Below, one piece after another: positions 9,990 to 18,482 of a stretch of 64,000 bases of DNA. Positions within the stretch are counted from its first letter, which is position 1. Each line of letters begins with the position of its first letter. A program made the position numbers and the translations under genes. The notes beneath the pieces are model-generated. The model saw nothing but the letters and a program-made list of their open reading frames with translations, was not told the origin of the DNA and did not search any database. The DNA comes from Candidatus Sumerlaeia bacterium (GTDB taxonomy: Bacteria; Sumerlaeota; Sumerlaeia; SLMS01; JANRJK01), in the NCBI GenBank assembly GCA_033764015.1, contig JANRJK010000002.1, positions 96,001-160,000 of the forward strand, written 5' to 3'.

Positions 9990-10832
9990 TTAAAGGCGGT
10001 CGAGGATTTCCGAACGGTTCTTCCGGATGAAGTGCAACCCGCCGAGAAAGAACAGGAAGGGGTACACCAGCATCGGGTAGAACGCATCGGGATTGAACAG
10101 CACATCCGGGGAGCCGTAGAGCTTCTGGATGACGGAAAAATACGGAAGCACCGGATTGAATTGCAGCAAGTGCTGCAGGCGCTCCGGCACGATGGAGGGC
10201 AGGTACACGATCGGCACCGCCCAGAAGAGCAGGTTCAAAGCGATCTGCACGATCTGGCCGATGTCGCGAAGGAGCAGGTGCAGGACGCTGAGGATCATGC
10301 CCACGCCGACCGCCAACGCGCCCAGGGCCAGCAGCACCGGCAGCGATAGCGCCAGCGCGAGCAGGAACTCCGTCGGCGGCACCTCCGGATAGCGGAGCAC
10401 CGCCAGCACCGCCGTCAGGAACACGAGGCCCGTGAAGTGCGTCAGAAACGACGTCAGCGCCACGCCGAGGAAAAGCACCTCCTCGGGGATCACGGTCTTT
10501 TTCAAGTAGGACGCGTTTTCGACCAGCGTGCCCGTCGAGCGCGTGACAATCTCGGAAAAGAAAATCCAAGGCAGGATGCCGGAAACCAAGTGGACGACGT
10601 AAAGGCCGCCGCCGCCGTCGCCCAGTTTCGCCCCCATGATCCGCGAGAACACTAGGATATACATCCCGACGAGGATTATGGGGTGGATAATGTTCCAGAA
10701 CATACCGGCGCCGCTGCCCGCGTAGCGACCGCGCAACTCGCGGACCACAAGCAGGCGCAGGATCCCCCGCGAGCGCAAGGTCGCCGCGAAGGACGACTCG
10801 ACCTCCGCCGGGTTGCGTGCGGCAGCGCTCAA
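9990..10832 (-). CDS. ABC-2 polysaccharide export permease (Wzm-like)
   Basis: RELRGRYAGSGAGMFW, GILPWIFF, RDIGQ, PIVY, NP motifs. Confidence 0.88.
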   Translation of the reverse strand: MSAAARNPAEVESSFAATLRSRGILRLLVVRELRGRYAGSGAGMFWNIIHPIILVGMYILVFSRIMGAKLGDGGGGLYVVHLVSGILPWIFFSEIVTRSTGTLVENASYLKKTVIPEEVLFLGVALTSFLTHFTGLVFLTAVLAVLRYPEVPPTEFLLALALSLPVLLALGALAVGVGMILSVLHLLLRDIGQIVQIALNLLFWAVPIVYLPSIVPERLQHLLQFNPVLPYFSVIQKLYGSPDVLFNPDAFYPMLVYPFLFFLGGLHFIRKNRSEILDRL

Positions 10833-10842
10833 GGTGCCTGCC

Positions 10843-11421
10843 TCACTTGCCGAGCTTCTTCACCGACTTCCGGGCCACGCGGTCCAGCTTGGCGATCGCC
10901 ACCAGCGGATCGCCCGACTTGCGCAGCGCGTCCAGCCGTTCGCGCAGCTTTCCCAGCACCCGGTGTGTGTCCTCGGACTGCGTGCTGGCGCGCGCGACAG
11001 CCTCCGTGACGGCCGCGGAGAGCGCTTCGCAGTAGTTGCCGACGGCGCGCTCCAGTTCGACGCGCGCGGCGAGGAGGCGGATATCCGCGGGGAGCGGCGC
11101 GGGGGCGGCCTTCGGCTCCGGCGCGTTCGAGCGGTGCGTGTCCGGCGACTCCGCGGCTGCGTGCGGAGCGGGAAGGGGATACTTGCGGGGACGGCCGCGC
11201 TTGCGCTTCTCCATGACTACTGCGGCGGTTTCAAACGCGGGCGGAACCACCTTCCGGGGGCGTCCCCGCGGACGCTTCGGCGGCGCGGCGTCCGGCTGTG
11301 GAGACGCCTGCTGCTCGGGAAGCGGATTCTTGCGGGGACGGCCCCGCTTGCGCTTCTCCGGGGCCGCGGGAGTCGCCGGCGGGGGGGCTTGCGGTGGTGT
11401 GCTCGCGGTCTTTTTCGCCAT
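10843..11421 (-). CDS. AT-hook DNA-binding protein (3 AT-hooks plus C-terminal helical domain)
   Basis: KRKRGRPRK, KRPRGRPRK, KRKRGRPRK; AGGA RBS; co-oriented with dgt and wzm. Confidence 0.75.
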   Translation of the reverse strand: MAKKTASTPPQAPPPATPAAPEKRKRGRPRKNPLPEQQASPQPDAAPPKRPRGRPRKVVPPAFETAAVVMEKRKRGRPRKYPLPAPHAAAESPDTHRSNAPEPKAAPAPLPADIRLLAARVELERAVGNYCEALSAAVTEAVARASTQSEDTHRVLGKLRERLDALRKSGDPLVAIAKLDRVARKSVKKLGK

Positions 11422-11437
11422 GGGGTCGTCCGTCCTC

Positions 11438-12601
11438 TTAGCGGTGCGTGTCCGGCAGGAAAATGCGCTCGTACTGCTCGATGAAAAACCGGTCGGTCAT
11501 GCCCGCGATGTAATCGCAGACGACGCGCGCCTTGCCGTCCGTCTCGATTCGGCGCTGGTACTTCCACGGAAGCAACACGGGATTTTCGTGGTATTGTTCG
11601 AAGAGCGCCTTCAGCATCCGGCGGGCCTTCAACGAATTGGTCAGCGTGCCCGGGTGGAAATACACGCGCTCCAGCAGCAGTCTCTTCAGCGGCTTCAGGC
11701 GTTGCTTGAATTCCGGGGAAAAATCAACCAGCCGTCCGGAAAAGCGGCGCACGTCCTCGATGGAGGAAATCGCGTTCGTCCGGAGCGCGCCCTCCGAATG
11801 CGTCAACGCATCCTCGACATGGTCGCTGTACAGGCGCCCCAGCGCGCGGTACGTCACGAACTTCAGCGGCGCCTCGCCGCCCAGCTCGCGGCGCGCCTCG
11901 TCGAAATACTCGAGCACCCAGGGCGCCGCCTTCAGGTCCTTCACCTCGATCAGCCCCATCACCAGGGCATCGTCCAGGTCGGCGTTGTTGTAGGCGATCT
12001 CGTCCGCGAGGTCCACGAGCTGCGACTCGAGCGTGGGGCGCTCCTCGGGATGGTAGCGCGCGTCGCAGCTCGGCTTGTCGAAGGCGGTGTCGTGCTTGAT
12101 GATGCCCTCGCGCACCTCGTAGGTGAGGTTGAGGCCGGGGTGCTCCGCGGAGCGCTCTTCGAGGATCTCGACCGTGCGGAGCCCTTGCTCGTTGTGCTCG
12201 AAGCCGCCGGCGCCGGCCTCGCGCATCGCCTCGCGCATGGCGTCCTCGCCCGCGTGGCCGAAGGGCGTGTGCCCGAAGTCGTGCGACAGCGCAATCGCCT
12301 CCGCCAGATCCGAGTTGAGGCGCAGCGACCGCGCCAGTGTGCGGGCGATCTGCGCCACCTCCATCGTGTGCGTCAGCCGCGTGCGGAAATAGTCCCCCGC
12401 GGTGATCACGTGCACCTGCGTCTTGAACTCGAGCTTGCGGAACGCCATCGAATGGATCACGCGGTCGCGGTCGCGCTGGAACTCCGTGCGCAGGCGGTCC
12501 GGTCGGATCTCGTGCGCGCGTCCGCGCGTCTTCGACGAGTGCATCGCGTAGGGCGCGAGGTAGTTGTCCTCCGCCTCCTGCAGGTGTTCGCGTGTCAGCA
12601 T
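11438..12601 (-). CDS. dgt: dGTP triphosphohydrolase (HD family)
   Basis: FQRDRDRVIHS, KTQV, RTRLTHT, HDFGHTPFGHAGE, DEIAY, DYIAGMTD; GGAGG RBS. Confidence 0.94.
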   Translation of the reverse strand: MLTREHLQEAEDNYLAPYAMHSSKTRGRAHEIRPDRLRTEFQRDRDRVIHSMAFRKLEFKTQVHVITAGDYFRTRLTHTMEVAQIARTLARSLRLNSDLAEAIALSHDFGHTPFGHAGEDAMREAMREAGAGGFEHNEQGLRTVEILEERSAEHPGLNLTYEVREGIIKHDTAFDKPSCDARYHPEERPTLESQLVDLADEIAYNNADLDDALVMGLIEVKDLKAAPWVLEYFDEARRELGGEAPLKFVTYRALGRLYSDHVEDALTHSEGALRTNAISSIEDVRRFSGRLVDFSPEFKQRLKPLKRLLLERVYFHPGTLTNSLKARRMLKALFEQYHENPVLLPWKYQRRIETDGKARVVCDYIAGMTDRFFIEQYERIFLPDTHR

Positions 12602-12723
12602 GGCGTCCCTTCCTCCACCGCCTTGATGGACGGCGGGGCGGGGGCGGCGCAAGGCGGGCGGCGATTTTCCGTGTCCCCGCGGGAGTACTGGCCGAGCGTT
12701 GCCGCCGGAAAAGGAGTTCGCCC

Positions 12724-13368
12724 GTGGTTGAGTGCATCGACGCCTTGTTCGTCCTTTCCGTGCCGAAGTGGCCGCCGCCCGAGCTGGAGCCGCTGCCCCA
12801 GCTTTGCGTCTGCGGGCGCAGCAATGTCGGCAAGAGCTCGCTACTGAACGCGCTCATGGCCCGCAAGAACCTCGCGCGCACCTCGAACACGCCGGGCCGC
12901 ACGCAGGAGCTCGTGGTGTTCAAGCTGCGCCTCCGCTCCGGCACCGAGGAGCGCCACCTCCACATCGTCGACCTCCCGGGGTACGGCTTCGCCAAGGTCC
13001 CCGCGGAAATCCGCCGCCGCTGGCGCCCCATGATGGAGTCCTACTTCAAGAACTCGCAGCGGATCGCCGGCGCGCTCGCGCTCTTCGACAGCCGCCGCGA
13101 CCCCTCCGAGGACGACTTCGAGCTGATCGAGATGCTCGCCGACGGGGGAGTGCCCACGCTCCCGATCGCCACGAAGACCGACAAGGTGGGCCCCTCGCGC
13201 CGCCGCGCCACGCTGCGCGGATTGGCCCGCGCGCTGGAACTGGAGGAGGACGACGACCTCCGCGCCGTCAGCGTCCTCGCCAAGACGGGCATCGACGAAC
13301 TCCGGCAGGACGTCTGGAACTTGATCGCCCCCGACGGGCAGGCGGCTTCCCCGGGGGCCGCCGGGTAG
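12724..13368 (+). CDS. yihA: Ribosome biogenesis GTPase YihA/EngB
   Basis: GRSNVGKSSLLN, SNTPGRT, DLPGYG, TKTDK; AAGGAG before GTG 12724. Confidence 0.93.
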   Translation: MVECIDALFVLSVPKWPPPELEPLPQLCVCGRSNVGKSSLLNALMARKNLARTSNTPGRTQELVVFKLRLRSGTEERHLHIVDLPGYGFAKVPAEIRRRWRPMMESYFKNSQRIAGALALFDSRRDPSEDDFELIEMLADGGVPTLPIATKTDKVGPSRRRATLRGLARALELEEDDDLRAVSVLAKTGIDELRQDVWNLIAPDGQAASPGAAG

Positions 13369-13461
13369 CCGCCAGCCCGCTGGCCCGCTTCCCGCCATTT
13401 GTACGGAGTCCGGCGGCGGGATGACTCGCCGCACGGGGCATTCCGACTCGCGGGACGACTG

Positions 13462-14253
13462 ATGGGACCTTGGACGATAATCGGTATCGGATGGGCGATC
13501 ATGGCCGCGGTCATGGTGGCGCTCTGGATCCACGCCACCGCGAAGCGCGACGCTAGCATCGTCGATGTGGGCTGGGCCTATGGCGTCGGCGCCATGGTGA
13601 TCCTATTCGCCGCGCTCGCCCCCGGCGACGAAACGCGCCGCATCGTGGTGGGGCTGCTCGGCGCCGCGTGGTCGGTCCGGCTCGGCACCTATCTGCTTCT
13701 GAACCGGGTGATCGGCAAGCAGGAGGACGGCCGCTACAAGCGCATGCGCGAGGCGCTCGGCGCCAAGGCCAACGCGGGCTTCTTCGCGTTCTTCCAGATC
13801 CAAGCGATTTGGGCAGTGATGTTCGCGATGCCGATGATGGCGGTCGCGCTCAACACGGGGCCGTTCGGCGCGCTAGATCTCGCCGGCGTTGCCGTGTGGC
13901 TGCTCGCGGTGGCCGGCGAAGGAATCGCCGACGCGCAGCTCGCCAAATGGCGCGGCAACCCCGCGAACAAGGGGCGCACTTGCCGCGCGGGGCTGTGGGC
14001 CTACTCGCGCCACCCCAACTACTTTTTCGAGTGGATCCACTGGTTCGGCTACATCCTCATGGCGGTCGGCTCGCCGTGGTTCGGCGTCTCGATCGCCGGG
14101 CCGATCCTGATGCTGGTGTTCCTGTTCAAGCTCACCGGCATCCCGTTCACCGAGGCGCAGGCCCTCCGCAGCCGCGGCGACGACTACCGCCGCTACCAGG
14201 AAGAGGTCAGCATCTTCATCCCCTGGTTCCCCAAGAAGAGGAGCGCCGGATGA
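13462..14253 (+). CDS. DUF1295 family membrane protein (steroid 5-alpha-reductase-like)
   Basis: IVDVGW, EDGRY, ADAQL, GLWAYSRHPNYFFEW, TGIP. Confidence 0.9.
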   Translation: MGPWTIIGIGWAIMAAVMVALWIHATAKRDASIVDVGWAYGVGAMVILFAALAPGDETRRIVVGLLGAAWSVRLGTYLLLNRVIGKQEDGRYKRMREALGAKANAGFFAFFQIQAIWAVMFAMPMMAVALNTGPFGALDLAGVAVWLLAVAGEGIADAQLAKWRGNPANKGRTCRAGLWAYSRHPNYFFEWIHWFGYILMAVGSPWFGVSIAGPILMLVFLFKLTGIPFTEAQALRSRGDDYRRYQEEVSIFIPWFPKKRSAG

Positions 14254-15284
14254 GCATCGGAGTCGATCTCGCCGAGCGGGGACTCGTCCCCGATTCCGTC
14301 ATCACCTGGGGCATCCGGCGCCGCTGCGCGGAAATCCTCAAGGAGCACACCTTCCCCACCGAGGATGCCGCCCGCGCCGCCCACGCCAAGTTCATCGCCG
14401 AACTCCGCGCGTCGCCGCTCGCGATCCACACCGACAAGGCGAACGAGCAGCACTACGAAGTGCCACCGCCGTTCTTCCTCCAGACGCTCGGCAAGCGCCT
14501 CAAGTACTCCTGCTGCTTCTACGACGAGAACGCCAAGACGCTCGACCAGGCGGAGGAGCGCATGCTCGCGCTCTACGGCGAGCGCGGCGAGCTCGCCGAC
14601 GGGCAGGAGATCCTCGAACTCGGCTGCGGCTGGGGCTCGCTCACGCTCTGGATGGCGGAGAAGTACCCCAACGCGCGCATCCTCTCGCTCTCCAACTCGC
14701 GCCCGCAGCGCGAATTCATCGAACAGCGCGCACGCGCCAACGGCTTCAACAACGTGCAGGTCGTCACGCAGGACGTGAACCTCTTCGACACGTCGCGCCG
14801 CTTCGACCGCATCGTCTCCATCGAGATGTTCGAACACCTGCGCAACTACGAGGAACTCACGCGCAAGCTCAAGGGATGGATGAAACCCGGCGGCAAGGCC
14901 TTCGTCCACATCTTTTGCCACAATCGCTTCGGCTACCCCTACGTCGCCGAGGGCGAAGACAACTGGATGGCCAAGCACTTCTTCACCGGCGGCCTGATGC
15001 CCTCCTTCGACATCTTCCGCCACTTCGAGCACAACCTCGTGGTCGAGCAGGACTGGCAGGTGCCCGGCTGGCACTACGAAAAGACCTCGTGGGACTGGCT
15101 CCGCAACATGGACGAGAACCGCGAAGAAATCCGCGGCATCTTCCGCGACCTCTACGGCCCGGAGGAAGCGGACCGCTGGCTCCAGCGCTGGCGCATCTTC
15201 TTCATGTCCTGCGCCGAACTGTTCGGCTACGACAAGGGCACCGAGTGGATTGTCGGCCACTACCGGATGCGCGCGGCGGAGTAG
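14250..15284 (+). CDS. SAM-dependent methyltransferase, cyclopropane-fatty-acid synthase-like family
   Basis: ANEQHYEVP, LKYS, LELGCGWGS, SIEMFEH, FFTGGLMPS; ATGA-coupled to DUF1295. Confidence 0.9.
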   Translation: MSIGVDLAERGLVPDSVITWGIRRRCAEILKEHTFPTEDAARAAHAKFIAELRASPLAIHTDKANEQHYEVPPPFFLQTLGKRLKYSCCFYDENAKTLDQAEERMLALYGERGELADGQEILELGCGWGSLTLWMAEKYPNARILSLSNSRPQREFIEQRARANGFNNVQVVTQDVNLFDTSRRFDRIVSIEMFEHLRNYEELTRKLKGWMKPGGKAFVHIFCHNRFGYPYVAEGEDNWMAKHFFTGGLMPSFDIFRHFEHNLVVEQDWQVPGWHYEKTSWDWLRNMDENREEIRGIFRDLYGPEEADRWLQRWRIFFMSCAELFGYDKGTEWIVGHYRMRAAE

Positions 15285-15364
15285 CGGGGGGGCGGCCCGC
15301 GGTCAATCCGGTTGGCAAGGAGCGGCATCCCAAGGCATCCTCGCCAGCGCGTGCGAGGACCCCG

Positions 15365-15616
15365 ATGGACGAAAACGAGAAGCAGATGTACCGGGACTGG
15401 GCGCGCGGCCAAGAAGCCGCGCAGGAGCTGATCGCCCGCGAGCGCGCCCGCGCCCTCGCCGACGGCTCCGGCCTGCCCACGCCGGAAGCGCTCGACGAAC
15501 TCATCGCCGCCGGCCTCGCCCACGCAGGACCCGAGCGCACCACCACCGGCATCGGCGAACTGCACCGGCTGCTCTCCGAGGTGTACCGGCGGCGCGGAGA
15601 GAAGGTGGGGCCGTGA
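15365..15616 (+). CDS. Small helical hypothetical protein (possible antitoxin-like)
   Basis: GAGGA RBS, host-like codon usage, 83 aa. Confidence 0.6.
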   Translation: MDENEKQMYRDWARGQEAAQELIARERARALADGSGLPTPEALDELIAAGLAHAGPERTTTGIGELHRLLSEVYRRRGEKVGP

Positions 15617-15696
15617 ACTGTTGACCGACCAAACCTCGCAAGGGGGCCCGCGCTCCGCTCTCGACGCAGGGCACTCTACGAAAGGAGGTCGCGGAC

Positions 15697-15798
15697 ATGA
15701 GCGGTGGAAAAGGAGGCGGCAAGCCCGCCAACGCCCCGAGCCAGACGGGCAAGCCGTCCGGCGGTGATCGCGGCAACAACCCGCCGAAGGGCAAGTAA
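15697..15798 (+). CDS. 33-aa Gly/Lys/Pro-rich micropeptide MSGGKGGGKPANAPSQTGKPSGGDRGNNPPKGK
   Basis: Full AAAGGAGGT Shine-Dalgarno at 15681-15689, GC3-rich codons, hairpin downstream; not in the ORF track. Confidence 0.7.
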   Translation: MSGGKGGGKPANAPSQTGKPSGGDRGNNPPKGK

Positions 15799-15820
15799 TG
15801 GCCTCGGCACATGAATAGGG

Positions 15821-15854
15821 AGCCGCCCCCGGCATTGGGATGCCGGGGGCGGCT
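15821..15854. terminator. Perfect 14-bp hairpin between convergent genes
   Basis: AGCCGCCCCCGGCA-ttggga-TGCCGGGGGCGGCT. Confidence 0.75.
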
Positions 15855-15885
15855 GCTTGACGTTTGGGTAGTCAGCCCCAGTGCC

Positions 15886-17577
15886 TCACCGCACCAGCAG
15901 CCCGTCCGCTTCCGCCGGAGGCACCGGGCCGAGAACCATGTTCATCGCCCAGTTGTGGTCCGTAAAGGTGGCCTCTCCGCGCGCCATGGTGGCGGGAGTA
16001 TCGCTGAGGGGTGTGTCGATCTGGAAGCCGGTCCCTTCAGTGCCTTGAACGAAGCTCGGGACGTCGTTGAGCGAATCAACCTGCCAGCAGAGCCAGTAAT
16101 CGCCCGGTCCCAGATTAACTTCCGGCGGAGCCGTCGCGGTCAGCCAGTATTCGTAACTGCCGTTGTAGATCGGCTCCGAGGCCCAGACCCGTTCGAGTAC
16201 CGGGCCATCGCGATACACGCTGAGAACCACATTCCCGAATGGGTCATGGACGTATAGGGATACTGACTGGATGGCCCCGGGCTGGTCTAGGCTAACCTTT
16301 GTGCCCTTGAGATAGTTGCGTTGGGAGGCGCGGAGGTAATGATATTGCCCGTGAGTGTTGGCATTGAAGAGCAGGTCTCCGCCTTCCGAATCGTTTGTAA
16401 AATGGAAGTCAAAGATCGGAAGGAGCATATGGCCGCGATCCACTGAGGGGCAACAGTAGCTCTTTGTGATTCGCTGTAGTCCAACCGGATCGCTCGGGTT
16501 CGAGCCGCTGCGGTAGCTGACAAGCTGTCGTGCGCATTTTGGACCTCCAATGAACCCTCCAGGTGGAATGGGTTCGGGGTCCGGTTGCAGTTCGAAAGTG
16601 TCACTGTCAAAGTGATAAGTTCCATTGAGACAAATTGGGACCTCTCTCAAAATGTTATTGTATGCAGATAGAATGATGTGTCCGGTGCAGCGGGAGAAGG
16701 TAGATTTCAGAGAAGTTCCGAGCGGGCTATATGTTCCGCAGACCCTTCCGGACCGAATCAACTTACCAGTGTCCAAGTCAAGGATTGTGAGGTAAACTGC
16801 GCTCGACGGCAGGTCCAAGAGAGCAGTAACCACCATTTCATTCCGATCGAGGTCGATAGAGTCTTGGCCTGCGATACGACTATCAGCTATCAATAGTCCC
16901 TCGGGGAAGCTGAAGGTGTCATCAAGCGTGTTGGTGGCAATGTCAAACTTGTCGAGGCGTCTGGTGCCGAGTTCACCTTCGGGAGTTGAGTAGGTCTTGG
17001 ACTCAACGAAAAAGTAGTCGGCACCCCGAGGCGCCCAGACGGTGACGATTTCGTCCACCGGTTCGGGAATGGGAGCGGGTGCCGAAATGGATTCCGATCC
17101 GTGATGGAAGACTGCGATTTGCGGATTCCGCTGATCGAATAGGATTGTGAACTCGCGATCCGTTGAGGCTAAATCAGAATCTGTTCCCGCCAGCTCAAAA
17201 TCGGACTCGAGACTTCGAAGGGAAAAACCCTCCGGAAGCGGGATCTGGGTGGCGCGCCCCGTCTCGAGGTCCATGGTAAACAACTGCCGCCTGTCAGGAC
17301 CTACGGCCGTAAACGCGATCTTCCCTTGGCGAACCATATACGCTTTGAAGTAGAATGATGTGGAGCCCGCCATCGCCCGATCATCTTCGAAGTCACCCTC
17401 CGGGTTGAGCTGCGCCCGCCCGCTCCGCAGCAACACCATTCCCCCGTCCGGGTACACGGCACTGCCGGGGTTCGTAACTCCGGCGATTCGGGTCTGCTCT
17501 GTAGATTGCAGCAGGGTGCCTTCCGCCGATAGGGTGGCAAGAATGGCCAAGGTGCGGATAGAGTGGTTACGCGGCAT
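15886..17577 (-). CDS. Putative secreted hypothetical protein (beta-rich, low-GC core)
   Basis: 563-aa ORF, GGAGGA RBS, N-terminal hydrophobic stretch, own promoter-like element. Confidence 0.65.
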   Translation of the reverse strand: MPRNHSIRTLAILATLSAEGTLLQSTEQTRIAGVTNPGSAVYPDGGMVLLRSGRAQLNPEGDFEDDRAMAGSTSFYFKAYMVRQGKIAFTAVGPDRRQLFTMDLETGRATQIPLPEGFSLRSLESDFELAGTDSDLASTDREFTILFDQRNPQIAVFHHGSESISAPAPIPEPVDEIVTVWAPRGADYFFVESKTYSTPEGELGTRRLDKFDIATNTLDDTFSFPEGLLIADSRIAGQDSIDLDRNEMVVTALLDLPSSAVYLTILDLDTGKLIRSGRVCGTYSPLGTSLKSTFSRCTGHIILSAYNNILREVPICLNGTYHFDSDTFELQPDPEPIPPGGFIGGPKCARQLVSYRSGSNPSDPVGLQRITKSYCCPSVDRGHMLLPIFDFHFTNDSEGGDLLFNANTHGQYHYLRASQRNYLKGTKVSLDQPGAIQSVSLYVHDPFGNVVLSVYRDGPVLERVWASEPIYNGSYEYWLTATAPPEVNLGPGDYWLCWQVDSLNDVPSFVQGTEGTGFQIDTPLSDTPATMARGEATFTDHNWAMNMVLGPVPPAEADGLLVR

Positions 17578-17603
17578 GAGTTGAATCCTCCCTAGTTAAA
17601 TCC

Positions 17604-17631
17604 ATCATACCATACACGCGCCCAACGTCAA
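17604..17631 (-). promoter_or_regulatory. sigma70-type promoter for 15886..17577
   Basis: Minus strand TTGACG-N16-TATGAT with extended -10 TG. Confidence 0.55.
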
Positions 17632-17792
17632 CCCATATCTGGCCAGATCCAACACATCCTCCACCTCCAACACGCCGCCAGGCCCGTCCACCTTGATTGT
17701 GCCGCCCTCCTTTGTCAGCCCGCCGGTGGGGGCGCGGGCGATGGGGTTCCCAGCTCGCGCTGCAGGAGGCGGCAGGGGACACCTCGCGCCCC

Positions 17793-18329
17793 CTACTCCG
17801 CCCCTTCCTCCGCCTTGGGCGCGGCGTGCGAGGCGGCGTCGCGTTCGACCTGTTCCATGACCGGGCCGAAGTCGACGCTGTCCACGGGCACATCCGCCAC
17901 GCGGAAGGCCTCGCCGGCGTGCGGGTGTTCGAAGAGCAGCCAGCCGTCGCCGTCGCGGCCCTTGTAGTTGAGCACGCGGAAGCGCAGCAGCAGGTGCGCG
18001 AGCAGGAAGAGCTGCGCGGTGTACGCTTCGTCCCCGGTGGCGTGCAGAGCGGCGAAGAGGCGCCACATCGCCTCGTTGCGTTCGCTGCGGGCGAGGCGGC
18101 GCTCCGTGGCGGTGGGCGCCGAGACGCGCTTCGCCACCCAGTAGCTGAAGTACGCGCGGTCGCCGGACTTCTCCCAGCACGCGGGGCAGAAGTCGCTGCG
18201 GATCGCCTCGTCCTTGTCGGACACTTCGAGGACCGTCGCCTGGCGCCCGGCGCCCGGCAGCGAGCAGCCGCACAGGAGGCACTGGTCGTTCGGTCGGCGG
18301 AACTTGAGGTAGGCTTCGCGGTCGAGCAT
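17793..18329 (-). CDS. Hypothetical protein with CxxC...CxxC zinc-binding motif
   Basis: CLLC and DFCPACW...FSYW; host-like codon usage; start could be 18365. Confidence 0.7.
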   Translation of the reverse strand: MLDREAYLKFRRPNDQCLLCGCSLPGAGRQATVLEVSDKDEAIRSDFCPACWEKSGDRAYFSYWVAKRVSAPTATERRLARSERNEAMWRLFAALHATGDEAYTAQLFLLAHLLLRFRVLNYKGRDGDGWLLFEHPHAGEAFRVADVPVDSVDFGPVMEQVERDAASHAAPKAEEGAE

Positions 18330-18411
18330 GGGCTGGGGCTTCGGCGGATTCGGCGGGACCACCAATGAGCGGTCGTCGCGGTGGGAGGGTCAAGCGCCCC
18401 CCGGAACGCGA

Positions 18412-18441
18412 ACCGGCCCGCGGGAGAACCCGCGGGCCGGT
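18412..18441 (-). terminator. Hairpin downstream of the GH13 gene
   Basis: ACCGGCCCGCGGG-agaa-CCCGCGGGCCGGT. Confidence 0.6.
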
Positions 18442-18482
18442 AGGGGAGAGAGGGACTGGCTGGTGCTGCCGCTTCGGGTGGC

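Noticed and set aside
11438..12601. dGTPase as an anti-phage defence gene
   Set aside because: Short housekeeping-type Dgt with host codon usage next to yihA; no defence-island context
15300..17790. Low-GC segment as a mobile element or prophage
   Set aside because: No integrase, transposase, terminal inverted repeats, target duplication or tRNA visible
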